Positions 55,287 to 64,000 of a DNA stretch of 64,000 nt are shown here, one piece after another. Below the pieces are notes generated by a model. It ran no database searches. It was not told the DNA's origin and was given only the letters and a program-made list of their open reading frames with translations. Numbering within the stretch: position 1 is the first letter of the stretch; every line of letters begins with the position of its first letter. A program made the position numbers and the translations under genes. The DNA lies in IMG/VR virus record IMGVR_UViG_3300048904_000123, positions 960-64,959 of that record; one strand, 5' to 3'. Origin of the DNA: a virus.

Positions 55287-56773
55287 GAAGCAGATCCCTC
55301 GATCGTCTTCGCAGAGCTGATCTCGTGGTTTACCTTTGCGGTGCTGATTGCCTGAGCCATAGGCACGTTGGCCATGTTCCGAAGAACACCCTTGACCATG
55401 GAGCTATCAATGTCCTCACGCTTCACGCCTGCGGCTTCCAGCTCAGCCACGACCGTAGCCATTAGCTGCTTCGGGTCAGACCCAGAGATGCCTACGTTCG
55501 CAGATCCGCCAGCTCCGACGCCGACATTCACCTGCACCTTTGGGCCACCAGCCTTGCTCGGATCGATCAGCTTGACCAGCTTGGTCCCCTGGTCGAACAC
55601 GACCTTACTGAGCTTGGTAACCTCAGGGTCCAGCTCGCCGGATGCATCCTCGGCCGCGATGGCGTCCTCGAGTCGCTCGGCGTTCCGCTGAAGTAGTTTA
55701 CTCAGCCCACCCATGATCACGTCGGCGTTACGAGAGCCGAACGCATCCGCTAGTGCCACGGCGTCAGATCCCTTCACTGTGCAAACGCTACCCTCTCGGT
55801 AGAGTGTGCAGGCGTTTTGAAGAATGCAAGTGTCGCAGGTGAATCGATCGTACTCATCTGCTTTCATTCCGATGTTGCGCATTACTCTGCGACGTGCGGC
55901 CGGAAGAACAAAATCCCTGTCGCTAACTTCCGTGAACACGTCCGGCATAAAGACTGTATTGGGTCCGCCACGTCCCGACGGACTTCTTGTTATGAACGGT
56001 GTTACAGACTGAAAGTTCTTTCGAGCCCAGTCAGCGGAGCGAAGACACATCCTGATCCTGTCTTCGAAGTCCTGGATCTCCCACTGGGCCATACCCACCA
56101 GCTCGAACCAGTCCTCATAACGCGGATCGTGGATGTACTCGGCGCGCAATTGCTTTCCGGAAGGAAGTGCAACTCTATTTGCTGAAGCTCCAGTGCCGGT
56201 TAGTTCATGCGGGCGGTAGTCCACTCCCCAGAATCCAAAGCCAAAGATATCACTGAAGCTATCGCCGCCGGAGACAAACAGCTGAACTTCAGGATACTTA
56301 AGCTGTACCTCACGCAACTGGAGATAAAACTCTTTGCGCTCCCATCCACCGGGAGGAAGTCTGTGAATCACCACTCGGTGCGCTTGTCCATACACAGGAC
56401 GCATCTGCACGTTTACGGACTGATCGGTGCAAATCATGAGATCGGAGCCGACGCAGTTCTGCATCAACCACTCGAGCGAGTCCCATCCCTCGTCGGGCGC
56501 CCAGGTGGGATAAACCGCTTCCGGCTTCTCGTATCCCTTGAATGTGTTGTACTCCGCCGCCCCAGCGTGATCGATCATCATTACCCTGACGGGCCCGTAT
56601 CCAGCAGTATGCGTACGCACCCAGCTGAACATCTCCCTTGCCGTTGACAGTAGATCTGCCACACTCCAGGTGAATTTCCTGAAGCCTTCGTCAAGCGCGA
56701 CATCGATGTATTTCTGAGACTGCATAAGCCATAGGTCAACCATAGCAACGACCCTTATCTGGTTATGTGTCAA
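55283..56773 (-). CDS. Multi-domain protein in the small-terminase position (alpha/beta N-domain, Cys4 cluster, helical C-terminus)
   Basis: ATGA-coupled to terL; CDTC-x4-C-x7-C; function uncertain. Confidence 0.6.
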   Translation of the reverse strand: MTHNQIRVVAMVDLWLMQSQKYIDVALDEGFRKFTWSVADLLSTAREMFSWVRTHTAGYGPVRVMMIDHAGAAEYNTFKGYEKPEAVYPTWAPDEGWDSLEWLMQNCVGSDLMICTDQSVNVQMRPVYGQAHRVVIHRLPPGGWERKEFYLQLREVQLKYPEVQLFVSGGDSFSDIFGFGFWGVDYRPHELTGTGASANRVALPSGKQLRAEYIHDPRYEDWFELVGMAQWEIQDFEDRIRMCLRSADWARKNFQSVTPFITRSPSGRGGPNTVFMPDVFTEVSDRDFVLPAARRRVMRNIGMKADEYDRFTCDTCILQNACTLYREGSVCTVKGSDAVALADAFGSRNADVIMGGLSKLLQRNAERLEDAIAAEDASGELDPEVTKLSKVVFDQGTKLVKLIDPSKAGGPKVQVNVGVGAGGSANVGISGSDPKQLMATVVAELEAAGVKREDIDSSMVKGVLRNMANVPMAQAISTAKVNHEISSAKTIEGSAS

Positions 56774-56831
56774 TGGGTACTGAGTTAATCACGTAAACGC
56801 GCCATAGTCAACCGGCAGCCCTGAAACTAAA

Positions 56832-56880
56832 CAGGGCCAGTGCTAAGCGTCATCTTGCGAGGATGACAGCACTGGCCCTG
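56832..56880 (-). terminator. Large stem-loop in the divergent intergenic region
   Basis: CAGGGCCAGTGCT/AGCACTGGCCCTG plus GTCATC/GATGAC; T-rich run follows on the minus strand. Confidence 0.55.
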
Positions 56881-57054
56881 CCGGAAGGGTGAGACATGAT
56901 CACGGGGGAGGATCGAGTCCCGCGCTCATACTACACGATCATTCGCACATTCGCAACCAGGTCGGGGTTGCAATCCATATCATTTTCCGTTAGGATCATG
57001 GGGCGACCGGCGCTCCGGAGATATCGGAGATGCCTTGTAATGGAAGGGTGTAGC

Positions 57055-57879
57055 GTGGCTGTGGAAAACGAGGTTCAGATCGCAAAGCTTTTCGCAAAGC
57101 TGATGATCGCTCGACCTGATGTTCGTGCGATCCAGAAGAGCGATGGCGAGTACCGCCCGCAGTACAACGAGAAATTTGCCATGCCTGACCTGCTCGACCA
57201 CATCAACGGGCGCAAGACGTACGGGCACTATCTGGTAAGCCCGGACGACAAGGTCAAGCTGTTCTGCTTCGACATCGACCTCAAGAAGATTGGCAAGCTT
57301 CCGATCACCAAGAACGGCATTGGCATGTTCCTGGGATTCCAGGACGCCAACCCTCGCGAGGTGTGGGGATCGCGCAGGCCTGGGGCGGCCCGTGATTTCA
57401 TGAAGCTCAAGATGAAGATCATGGCTAATCAGCTCATGAGTAAGATCTCCAAGGAACTCGAGATCCCCACGGCTGCCGCATACTCGGGCAGCAAGGGCGT
57501 TCACGTCTACGGCTTCACTGGGAAGACGACGGCGACGCTGGCTCGACAGGCTGCAAGCATTGTGCTTGACGCCTGCCGTGAAGACAACATGGGATACTGG
57601 GACTTGATCCGCGGCAACAACTTCTACGGGTACAAGACAGATCACATGGACGACCCGACCGACAACAACAGTCAGTTTGAATTGGAGGTGTATCCAAAAC
57701 AAGAGACTGTCGAAGGGCGCGAAAAGGGTTTGGGCAATCTGCTCCGACTTCCGTTGGGAGTTAACCTGCACTCCCCCCGACGCGATAAGGGGTTCTTCAT
57801 TGACATGCGTACTGCGCTCACTGATTTCGTTCCGCGCGATCCAGTTGAGGCGCTGACTATTTCAAACCCGTGGCAGTAA
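57055..57879 (+). CDS. Archaeo-eukaryotic primase (AEP) family catalytic subunit
   Basis: FCFDID (motif I), SGSKGVHVY (motif II), EVYPKQ, GNLLRLPLG; start inferred from SD GGAAGGG. Confidence 0.85.
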   Translation: MAVENEVQIAKLFAKLMIARPDVRAIQKSDGEYRPQYNEKFAMPDLLDHINGRKTYGHYLVSPDDKVKLFCFDIDLKKIGKLPITKNGIGMFLGFQDANPREVWGSRRPGAARDFMKLKMKIMANQLMSKISKELEIPTAAAYSGSKGVHVYGFTGKTTATLARQAASIVLDACREDNMGYWDLIRGNNFYGYKTDHMDDPTDNNSQFELEVYPKQETVEGREKGLGNLLRLPLGVNLHSPRRDKGFFIDMRTALTDFVPRDPVEALTISNPWQ

Positions 57880-57889
57880 GGCGGACTAG

Positions 57890-59779
57890 GTGACTACGGA
57901 AGAATCTCCGTTTGAGCGGAAGATGCGACTCAAGCTCGCAGCTGCCGCCCAGACATCACCGCAGCCAGTGGCTGCATCAAGCACAGCAACGCCTGCCGCG
58001 TACGAGGCCGATGCTCCTACGGCCGACGAGGTTGGACTTGGCCAGCTGAGTCCAGAGCAAGAAGCACTTGACAAGGCTATCGAAGATCTGTCGATCGTCG
58101 ATGCCTACAACAAGTGGTGCAAGAAGATGGTACCGAAGGTGTTCAAGGGTCAGCGCGAGAGCATCAAATGCTCTTGTCCCAACCCGCAGCACCCGGACAA
58201 GAATCCATCTGCGTGGATGAACATCGACAAAAATACCTACTTCTGTAGTGGGTGTTCGCAGGGTGGCGATCAGTGGGACATCGCTGCGTACCACTTTGGG
58301 TTTCCTGTCCCCGGCTACAAACAGGATAAGGAAGCGTTCCGCCAGCTTCGCGAGAAGATGGCTGTCGATCTGGGTTTCGCCACAACGGTAAACGCCTTCG
58401 GCAAGACGGTAACCGTTCCCCCTCCCACCAAAGAAGAGGAGGAGGAGGCGGCCAAGCCTGTAGCAATCTTGCCGGCCGCTGCTGCCGAAGAATCCCAGAA
58501 GGAAGAGGAAGAGGAAGAACTCGCGAACATCGCCACGATTGACTGGCGTTCGATCGTGAAGCCTGAAACATTCCTCAACGAGTATATGAGCATCACGACT
58601 CAGGACACCTGCCCGGAAGAGTATCACTTCTGGAATGGACTGATAGCACTCGGTGTAGCAGCCGGACGCGACGTGATGCTGGACGATCACGAGCCTGTTG
58701 CTCCTAACTTGTTCGTGTGCCTCACAGGTCCTTCCGGTGCTGGCAAGTCTCGCGCGACCAAGCACCTGGAGCGTATTATTCGTCAGGCAATTCCGTACAA
58801 TGCCGCTCCATCGCGCGGCGTACGGCATATCAAGTCTCCAGGTTCAGCGGAATATCTTGTTGCCCAACTTCAGGGTATGCACGACAATCCGATGAATCCC
58901 AAAGTGCAACTCGGCTCGCCGGTTCGTGCAGTCGTAGAGTTCGGTGAACTCGCCGGCCTCATGAATACAGCCAATCGAACTGGCAACAACATGAAGCCGC
59001 AGCTCATGGAGATCTACGACGCCAATGAAGTGATCGAGTCTGGTTCACTCGGCGGCGGTCTTCGTCGAGCAGAGAACGCATTCGGTTCTGTAATCTCGAC
59101 CACGCAGAACCGATCCCTGCGCAAGCTACTGGACTCGGGCGACGATGGCTCAGGCTTCATCAACCGCTGGATCTTTGCAACCGGCCAGACCAAACCGCAG
59201 TTGTCCTTCGGTGGAGCGCACATCGACCTAGGCGGTCCGGGCGATAAGCTGAAACAGATTCATCAGTGGTGCTTTACGTCCAAGAAGATCGGCCTGTCGG
59301 CAGACGCATTCGCCAAGTGGGATGCGTTCTTCCACTCTACGGTTCATCCTGTGCAGACGCAGGCGAATCGACAGGGCACAGCGGTGCTGGGCCGCATCGA
59401 TCTTCTCATGAAGAAGCTCATGCTGCTGTTCGCCATCAACCGCATGGAGTCAGTTGTTAGCGAGCTGTCGGTAGACGAGGCAATCAGTCTGTGGCCGTAC
59501 ATTCTCAAGACGTATGGCCAGGTCGGTAAAGAAATCAAGAAGACCGACGACACTGATCTTCGTGACGAGATCCTGTCTCAGATCATGCGCATGACAAAGA
59601 AGAACGGCAAGCCGCCATCGCAGCGCGAGCTGTTGGACGCGACCAAGCGAAAGATCAAGTCCGACAAGCAGATGGCTGACCTCATCAAGGTCATGATCCT
59701 GAACGGCTACATCCACGAAGAGAAGTCTCAAGCTGGAACACGAGGACGCCCGACGACGAGGTATGCAATCAATGAGTGA
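57890..59779 (+). CDS. Zn-finger plus DUF3987-like P-loop helicase plus C-terminal wHTH
   Basis: CSCPNPQHPDKNPS...FCSGC; LTGPSGAGKS; VEFGE; RGRPTTRY. Confidence 0.75.
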   Translation: MTTEESPFERKMRLKLAAAAQTSPQPVAASSTATPAAYEADAPTADEVGLGQLSPEQEALDKAIEDLSIVDAYNKWCKKMVPKVFKGQRESIKCSCPNPQHPDKNPSAWMNIDKNTYFCSGCSQGGDQWDIAAYHFGFPVPGYKQDKEAFRQLREKMAVDLGFATTVNAFGKTVTVPPPTKEEEEEAAKPVAILPAAAAEESQKEEEEEELANIATIDWRSIVKPETFLNEYMSITTQDTCPEEYHFWNGLIALGVAAGRDVMLDDHEPVAPNLFVCLTGPSGAGKSRATKHLERIIRQAIPYNAAPSRGVRHIKSPGSAEYLVAQLQGMHDNPMNPKVQLGSPVRAVVEFGELAGLMNTANRTGNNMKPQLMEIYDANEVIESGSLGGGLRRAENAFGSVISTTQNRSLRKLLDSGDDGSGFINRWIFATGQTKPQLSFGGAHIDLGGPGDKLKQIHQWCFTSKKIGLSADAFAKWDAFFHSTVHPVQTQANRQGTAVLGRIDLLMKKLMLLFAINRMESVVSELSVDEAISLWPYILKTYGQVGKEIKKTDDTDLRDEILSQIMRMTKKNGKPPSQRELLDATKRKIKSDKQMADLIKVMILNGYIHEEKSQAGTRGRPTTRYAINE

Positions 59780-60230
59780 TAAGTTGAAGTTTCTTCCGGA
59801 AGCTTTCACCTCGACGCCGATCGAGATGCGTGAAGTCGCTATCGCTGTCGCCGAGGAAATCGTGGAGCCCGGCTTTGACGGGATGCTCCATGGCCGCAGG
59901 AACACCCGCAATCGTGGCTGCAAGGGTCCGCTTTGCCAGAAGGCCCTACGGGATTGGCAACGCAACCGGACGGTAGAGCGAAACGCCCAAAGGGGAAAAG
60001 AGACTCGCACCTATTCGCGGGACTTCCAGTACGTCGCTGTCGATGAGATCCTTGGCGTGTTCCAGAAATCTTACGAGGTAACTCGTCAATCCTGGATCGG
60101 CGACATGGCGATCGAGATCAAGACGCTTCTCGAACTTAACGACATCATGAAGTCATGGGGCGACGTAGAGCCATACCGGCACCCGACAGTTCGCGTTGCA
60201 CGCCTGTACAAAAAGAAGCAGGCTGCATGA
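59772..60230 (+). CDS. Hypothetical protein with HG...GC...C motif
   Basis: HGRRNTRNRGCKGPLC. Confidence 0.6.
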   Translation: MSDKLKFLPEAFTSTPIEMREVAIAVAEEIVEPGFDGMLHGRRNTRNRGCKGPLCQKALRDWQRNRTVERNAQRGKETRTYSRDFQYVAVDEILGVFQKSYEVTRQSWIGDMAIEIKTLLELNDIMKSWGDVEPYRHPTVRVARLYKKKQAA

Positions 60231-60454
60231 GTTGGGTCGATCCGTTAGATAAGATGCCGGATTCGGTTCGCACCATACTAGATGAGATGTTCATGCGAGG
60301 CGAACCGGTAATCGAACGCGGCGGACGAGAGTATCAATTCACCTTCGAGTCCGATCTAGACTGGACACAGCGTACTAACAGCTGGGTTACGCTGTGGGCC
60401 TGCGAGATAGACGGAGTCGAATATAGATTCTCAGGTCGTGCCGAGAACCAATAG
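60227..60454 (+). CDS. Small hypothetical protein
   Basis: ATGA overlap. Confidence 0.6.
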   Translation: MSWVDPLDKMPDSVRTILDEMFMRGEPVIERGGREYQFTFESDLDWTQRTNSWVTLWACEIDGVEYRFSGRAENQ

Positions 60455-60458
60455 ACAA

Positions 60459-60504
60459 AGAGAAACGCCCCGCCATCCAGCCAGGATGTGCGGGGCGTTT
60501 CTCT
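60459..60504. terminator. Bidirectional terminator
   Basis: AGAAACGCCCCGC / GCGGGGCGTTTCT stem between convergent genes. Confidence 0.8.
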
Positions 60505-60509
60505 ATCTA

Positions 60510-60902
60510 CTACTTGGGGAGATCGTAGTCCGGACGCTCGTAGTCGCCGTCCGGGTGCTCCGGCGCGAGGTCCGGCACGTCCAGCAAAACTGGCGATTCC
60601 GGCTCCTCGTCGATAGCCTTCTCGACCTCGTGAACGAACTCGTCCTCGCTGGCGTCTTCGGGCCGACGATTCGGCTCGGGCCCGATGAGCGGAGCCGACT
60701 CGGTCACGACCATGCGCTTCGGTGTCGATTGCTCGATCAACCGGAGGCTGGTTGCGTGTGCCCGCGCCAGCGACCACCCGACCCACTGGGCCTGATCGGT
60801 GCTGGGGCACGTCGCCTGCAGTTCCTTGTTGCCCGCCCAGTCCTCAGTGAACACGGAGAACTGGTCCACGACGATGACGCTGATCGGTGTTTGCGCTGTC
60901 AT
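60510..60902 (-). CDS. Hypothetical protein with acidic tail
   Basis: TAATG coupling. Confidence 0.65.
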   Translation of the reverse strand: MTAQTPISVIVVDQFSVFTEDWAGNKELQATCPSTDQAQWVGWSLARAHATSLRLIEQSTPKRMVVTESAPLIGPEPNRRPEDASEDEFVHEVEKAIDEEPESPVLLDVPDLAPEHPDGDYERPDYDLPK

Positions 60903-61090
60903 TAGTTGCCCTCCAGCAAGTAAGGAGCACGCCAGTTGGGCGCGGGGATCGTGGTCGGAGTTGTGATCTGTCCAGACTGGCCAACACTCTGGTGGTTGAT
61001 CTTGCTGTACGCGTGGTGACCGAGGAGGATCACCAGCGCCAGAAGAACCATGGCTGCCGCCAGGCCGAACACTCTATCGATTGCTTTCAC
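60902..61090 (-). CDS. 62-aa single-pass membrane protein
   Basis: GTG start; VFGLAAAMVLLALVILLG. Confidence 0.6.
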   Translation of the reverse strand: MKAIDRVFGLAAAMVLLALVILLGHHAYSKINHQSVGQSGQITTPTTIPAPNWRAPYLLEGN

Positions 61091-61679
61091 GGTACTGCTC
61101 TCTGATCTCAGGGGGATGGCGTTCGATCTTGCACGCCGGACAGATAGGGCTGTTCGGCTCTTGTAGCAAAGTGAAGCTCTCGGATCTTCCGCCACAGTAC
61201 CAGCGAGCCTGCGACTCCAGTAGCTTCCCTTTCTTCCAAACAAGCAGGATGCCGCGGACCAGGTGGCTCAGATAGCCCGACCTGTGGGTGCTTCTGCCGT
61301 ATGGGAGATCTGTCTCGGCCACGCCAACGTAGTAGCCGAAGCTGTATCCAGGTGCAACCAGGTTACGCGCCGACCGTCCCGTTCGGTGCTGGTTGGGCAG
61401 GGAGAATCTGTTTAGCGCCCGTCTCGCTTCGATGTCGCGCATCTTCACGTGCCTGCCAGCTATTGCGCGCAGCATATCGACTTGATCTTGCGGCATCGTA
61501 AGCGGCCTTCCGGGGTGGGCTAGCCAGGTGTTTTCTGGCTTGGTGTGAGTGTAGCGCAGGTTCCAGCACGCTTCGCCTTTACCTGCGCTACACTTATGAC
61601 AGTCGTCATAGGCCGACCAGTCACTCCCCGGCACCCAGTGCTCGCCGTAATCCGAGGGCATCTGGCCGGATCGACTCAT
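61074..61679 (-). CDS. Zn-finger hypothetical protein
   Basis: CHKC.A.KG..C...HPGR; CGG...CPAC. Confidence 0.65.
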   Translation of the reverse strand: MSRSGQMPSDYGEHWVPGSDWSAYDDCHKCSAGKGEACWNLRYTHTKPENTWLAHPGRPLTMPQDQVDMLRAIAGRHVKMRDIEARRALNRFSLPNQHRTGRSARNLVAPGYSFGYYVGVAETDLPYGRSTHRSGYLSHLVRGILLVWKKGKLLESQARWYCGGRSESFTLLQEPNSPICPACKIERHPPEIREQYRESNR

Positions 61680-61680
61680 G

Positions 61681-61965
61681 CTACAGACTGCCCGAGAACA
61701 GCTCGGCCGGCCCCTGGTCCTGGGTGATCTCGTAGGTCCAGTCCTTGGTTCCGTTCGTGTTCCAGGTCGGGTTCTTGGAACGGAACCAGTCCAGGATCAG
61801 CTCTGAGAACTCTTTCGGGTTCTGGGCGATAGCGTCCTCGAACGAAACGCCCGGCCCTGCACCCTCCCAGCTAGCGTTGCCCTGGACATCGATGTTGCCG
61901 AAGATGGCTCCGGCCGGACCGTACGGGTCACCCTCGGATGCGAAGGTGATGTGGATGCTCGGCAT
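61681..61965 (-). CDS. Hypothetical protein
   Basis: TAATG coupling, strong codon bias. Confidence 0.7.
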   Translation of the reverse strand: MPSIHITFASEGDPYGPAGAIFGNIDVQGNASWEGAGPGVSFEDAIAQNPKEFSELILDWFRSKNPTWNTNGTKDWTYEITQDQGPAELFSGSL

Positions 61966-62390
61966 TACATAACTCCAATCGCTTCAGCGAACTTCACGTA
62001 CACAGTGAACATCAGACTCGACAGGATCAGGACTGCGCCGATCACCACCACCATCGCCAGCTTGACCTGGGTATCGGTGAAGGTGTGCGTCTTCCCGTAG
62101 TAGTTGTGAGCCTTCTTGTACCGCTTCCGCTCGGCCTTGATTACCTTCGCAGGCCGAGTGTCTTCCTGCTTGTAGGCGGGAATCACCTGAGTCTCACGTT
62201 CACTGGGTTCACCGGAGTACGGAGATGCGAACAGCGGAACCCCGTTGAGGATCTGAAGGGTGTCTGCGCTGGACGCAAACCACCGCCCCGGTCCACAATC
62301 CTGGGTATCCAAGACGTAGGCATCTCGCAGCGAGGGCGAATCCCAGGCGTGGACCTGGGTTGGTGCCTCAACTCCGGGCTTGCTTGTCAT
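61965..62390 (-). CDS. Protein with C-terminal TM anchor
   Basis: SD GGAGG; LAMVVVIGAVLILSSLMFTV. Confidence 0.7.
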   Translation of the reverse strand: MTSKPGVEAPTQVHAWDSPSLRDAYVLDTQDCGPGRWFASSADTLQILNGVPLFASPYSGEPSERETQVIPAYKQEDTRPAKVIKAERKRYKKAHNYYGKTHTFTDTQVKLAMVVVIGAVLILSSLMFTVYVKFAEAIGVM

Positions 62391-62412
62391 GGCTACTTAG
62401 CCACCTCCGTGG

Positions 62413-62515
62413 TTCTTTGTTTGTAATAGATATACTTATTGTTTTATTATTAAGTTATTATTCTTTTATTATTTAATTGTATTTAGTTATTATTCTTTTA
62501 TTATCTTCTTCTAGT
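62413..62515. repeat. Extremely AT-rich element with three phased direct repeats
   Basis: TTATT(C/G)TTTTATTAT at 62436, 62458 and 62490; two copies extend to an identical 20-mer AGTTATTATTCTTTTATTAT. Confidence 0.9.
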
Positions 62516-62586
62516 CATTCCGATAAGCGCAATTCCTAGGACTATCAGTCCTATCGTCACACCCATGGAAGACTCGAGTAATGTTC

Positions 62587-62739
62587 TCACCAGAAGAACA
62601 TCACGTAGATCAGCGCCGCGATCGCACCCAGGCCGATGCCGATCAGGAAGCCGATCTTCAGATCAGATCCATCCTGCTTGACCACACGGTTCCGGCGTCT
62701 CAGCTTCTTGCCGCCCGGTCCGTATACTGCGCCCGGCAT
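62587..62739 (-). CDS. 50-aa membrane micropeptide
   Basis: MPGAVYGPGGKKLRRRNRVVKQDGSDLKIGFLIGIGLGAIAALIYVMFFW; SD GGGGAG. Confidence 0.7.
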   Translation of the reverse strand: MPGAVYGPGGKKLRRRNRVVKQDGSDLKIGFLIGIGLGAIAALIYVMFFW

Positions 62740-62741
62740 GC

Positions 62742-63041
62742 CTACTCCCCCTTGTCGATGAGCTGACTGATGTCGTTGGGAACGCTCGCCTCCCGGTGGA
62801 TAACCTCATCCACGAGCACGGGCGTGAGCATGTACAGGTTCCGCAGAATCCTGTACAGCCCCTGATCGCTCAGCCCAGCAAGGTAGTCCTTCACCACGCC
62901 AAGCTGGTCTTCCTCGATGTAGTCCAGCGCCGTCTCGAGCAGGGTGCTGTCCAGCTCCCCCAGCTGGCCGGCCGCTGCCATCTTCGCCATCATACCCTTA
63001 GCTTCCTCGAAGGGCACGCCGCTTACGATCTGCATTGCCAT
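62742..63041 (-). CDS. Helical hypothetical protein
   Basis: Start MAMQIV after SD AAGGGGGTG. Confidence 0.7.
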   Translation of the reverse strand: MAMQIVSGVPFEEAKGMMAKMAAAGQLGELDSTLLETALDYIEEDQLGVVKDYLAGLSDQGLYRILRNLYMLTPVLVDEVIHREASVPNDISQLIDKGE

Positions 63042-63043
63042 CT

Positions 63044-63136
63044 TTATTTCACCCCCTTGTAAATGCTCACCATGCAGGCGATGAACACTGCCAGTCCGAA
63101 GACCATCAGGAATGCGTACGGGAAGAAGTCCCACAT
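63044..63136 (-). CDS. 30-aa membrane micropeptide
   Basis: MWDFFPYAFLMVFGLAVFIACMVSIYKGVK. Confidence 0.65.
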   Translation of the reverse strand: MWDFFPYAFLMVFGLAVFIACMVSIYKGVK

Positions 63137-63182
63137 CGCTTTCCAGTTGATCCTACTCCTACCCTTAGGCTTCACCTGTGGC

Positions 63183-63290
63183 TCACGAACAGCTACCCTG
63201 GACGCCGCCGGTGACGAACGTCCAGTAGAAAAAGCCCAGGATGAACAGGACGAAGATCAGTAGCGCCAGAAAACCCAGCGTGTTTTTCAT
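63183..63290 (-). CDS. 35-aa membrane micropeptide
   Basis: MKNTLGFLALLIFVLFILGFFYWTFVTGGVQGSCS. Confidence 0.7.
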   Translation of the reverse strand: MKNTLGFLALLIFVLFILGFFYWTFVTGGVQGSCS

Positions 63291-63304
63291 GCCAGTCTAC
63301 CCTG

Positions 63305-63388
63305 TCAGCTCAGCCACACGCACATGGCCACGACAGCGCAGACCAGCAACGCCGTCAGAAACACCGGCGGGTCCACCCACTTGAACAT
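63305..63388 (-). CDS. 27-aa membrane micropeptide
   Basis: MFKWVDPPVFLTALLVCAVVAMCVWLS; SD GAGGGG. Confidence 0.7.
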   Translation of the reverse strand: MFKWVDPPVFLTALLVCAVVAMCVWLS

Positions 63389-63398
63389 CTCTATCCCC

Positions 63399-63542
63399 TC
63401 ACATGAAATAGAAGTAGGCCCCGACGCCCAGCACAAGCAGCAAGATCAGGAACAAGAACGGCCCGCAGCCGAGCCCACCCGACCCACGGCCAACGTCTCC
63501 GTTGTACCAGTTGCCCTCGTGCCACCCAAAGAAGTCACCCAT
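63399..63542 (-). CDS. 47-aa membrane micropeptide
   Basis: MGDFFGWHEG...PFLFLILLLVLGVGAYFYFM; TGATG coupling. Confidence 0.7.
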   Translation of the reverse strand: MGDFFGWHEGNWYNGDVGRGSGGLGCGPFLFLILLLVLGVGAYFYFM

Positions 63543-63946
63543 CAGAACACGTCCCCCGCCCCGATATTGTCAGCGTTCCGGCCAGACTTGCTCGGCCCGC
63601 CGTACGGACTCACCTGGTTTTCGTCAGTGCCTTCGATCGAGTAGTGCCGCCAGACTACCCACAGCGACACCTCGCGTTCCAGCAAGTACGGAGGCGCTGG
63701 CATACCATCGACCTCCATGTCCGACGCGGTGGCGTTGTCGAGCGGGAAGTCGCTGGTCAGATAATCCGGCACTGTGCCGGATTGGATTACCCTCCGGCCC
63801 TCTCGGAATATTCTCAGCACAGCCGAGCTACTCATCCGACCGCGGTGCATCTCACTCAGCCACGCCGAGGCGACCGCAACATCCCGGCGAACCCGACCCT
63901 TCAGTATCACCCTGACGCCGCAGGTGTTGCACACCCAGTCTTCCAT
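63542..63946 (-). CDS. Hypothetical protein with N-terminal CxxC (start uncertain)
   Basis: MEDWVCNTCGV. Confidence 0.55.
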   Translation of the reverse strand: MEDWVCNTCGVRVILKGRVRRDVAVASAWLSEMHRGRMSSSAVLRIFREGRRVIQSGTVPDYLTSDFPLDNATASDMEVDGMPAPPYLLEREVSLWVVWRHYSIEGTDENQVSPYGGPSKSGRNADNIGAGDVF

Positions 63947-64000
63947 GTAGCGCCGAGTGAACAGAGTAACGCGGGCCGACACGAACTGGAGCTGGTGAGG

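Noticed and set aside
56880-57040. tRNA or small gene in the divergent gap
   Set aside because: No cloverleaf or T-loop motif and no convincing ORF; I saw no tRNA anywhere by eye (tRNAscan/ARAGORN would confirm)
62515-62545. dif-like site (CCGATAAGCG) for the Xer-like recombinase
   Set aside because: Resembles one arm of actinobacterial dif only from memory; the normally conserved second arm does not match. Needs a motif search

Overview
The window is most or all of a tailed dsDNA actinobacteriophage genome (siphovirus-like, high GC). The host is probably a sporulating filamentous actinomycete, inferred from a near-canonical BldC homolog, a WhiB and a GH25 endolysin. There are four blocks. 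(1) 1-25.9 kb (+), early and DNA-metabolism genes: many tiny membrane proteins, a MoxR-type AAA+ ATPase with a HExxH/VWA partner, a Xer-like tyrosine recombinase, an SSB-like protein, a BldC-like HTH, a SNF2 helicase, oligoribonuclease, beta sliding clamp, DUF4406, RusA, a DNA methyltransferase, a WhiB with no usable start codon, and a Cas4-like nuclease. (2) 25.9-56.8 kb (-), virion and lysis genes: TerL, portal, protease/scaffold, decoration protein, major capsid, neck, tail tube, frameshifted tail chaperones, tape measure, minor tail proteins, holin, endolysin. (3) 57.0-60.5 kb (+), an AEP primase and a Zn-finger/P-loop helicase-like protein. (4) 60.5-64 kb (-), small genes, more membrane micropeptides and a very AT-rich phased-repeat element. 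No DNA polymerase, tRNA, CRISPR array, reverse transcriptase or clear repressor/att module was seen. The best leads are: a possible host-development hijack set (BldC, a WhiB reachable only by an apparent -1 frameshift at C-CCA-AAA, and Orn); about 20 single-pass membrane micropeptides missed by the ORF track; the MoxR/VWA-zincin pair; and the AT-rich phased repeats. All product calls come from reading motifs by eye, with no database search.
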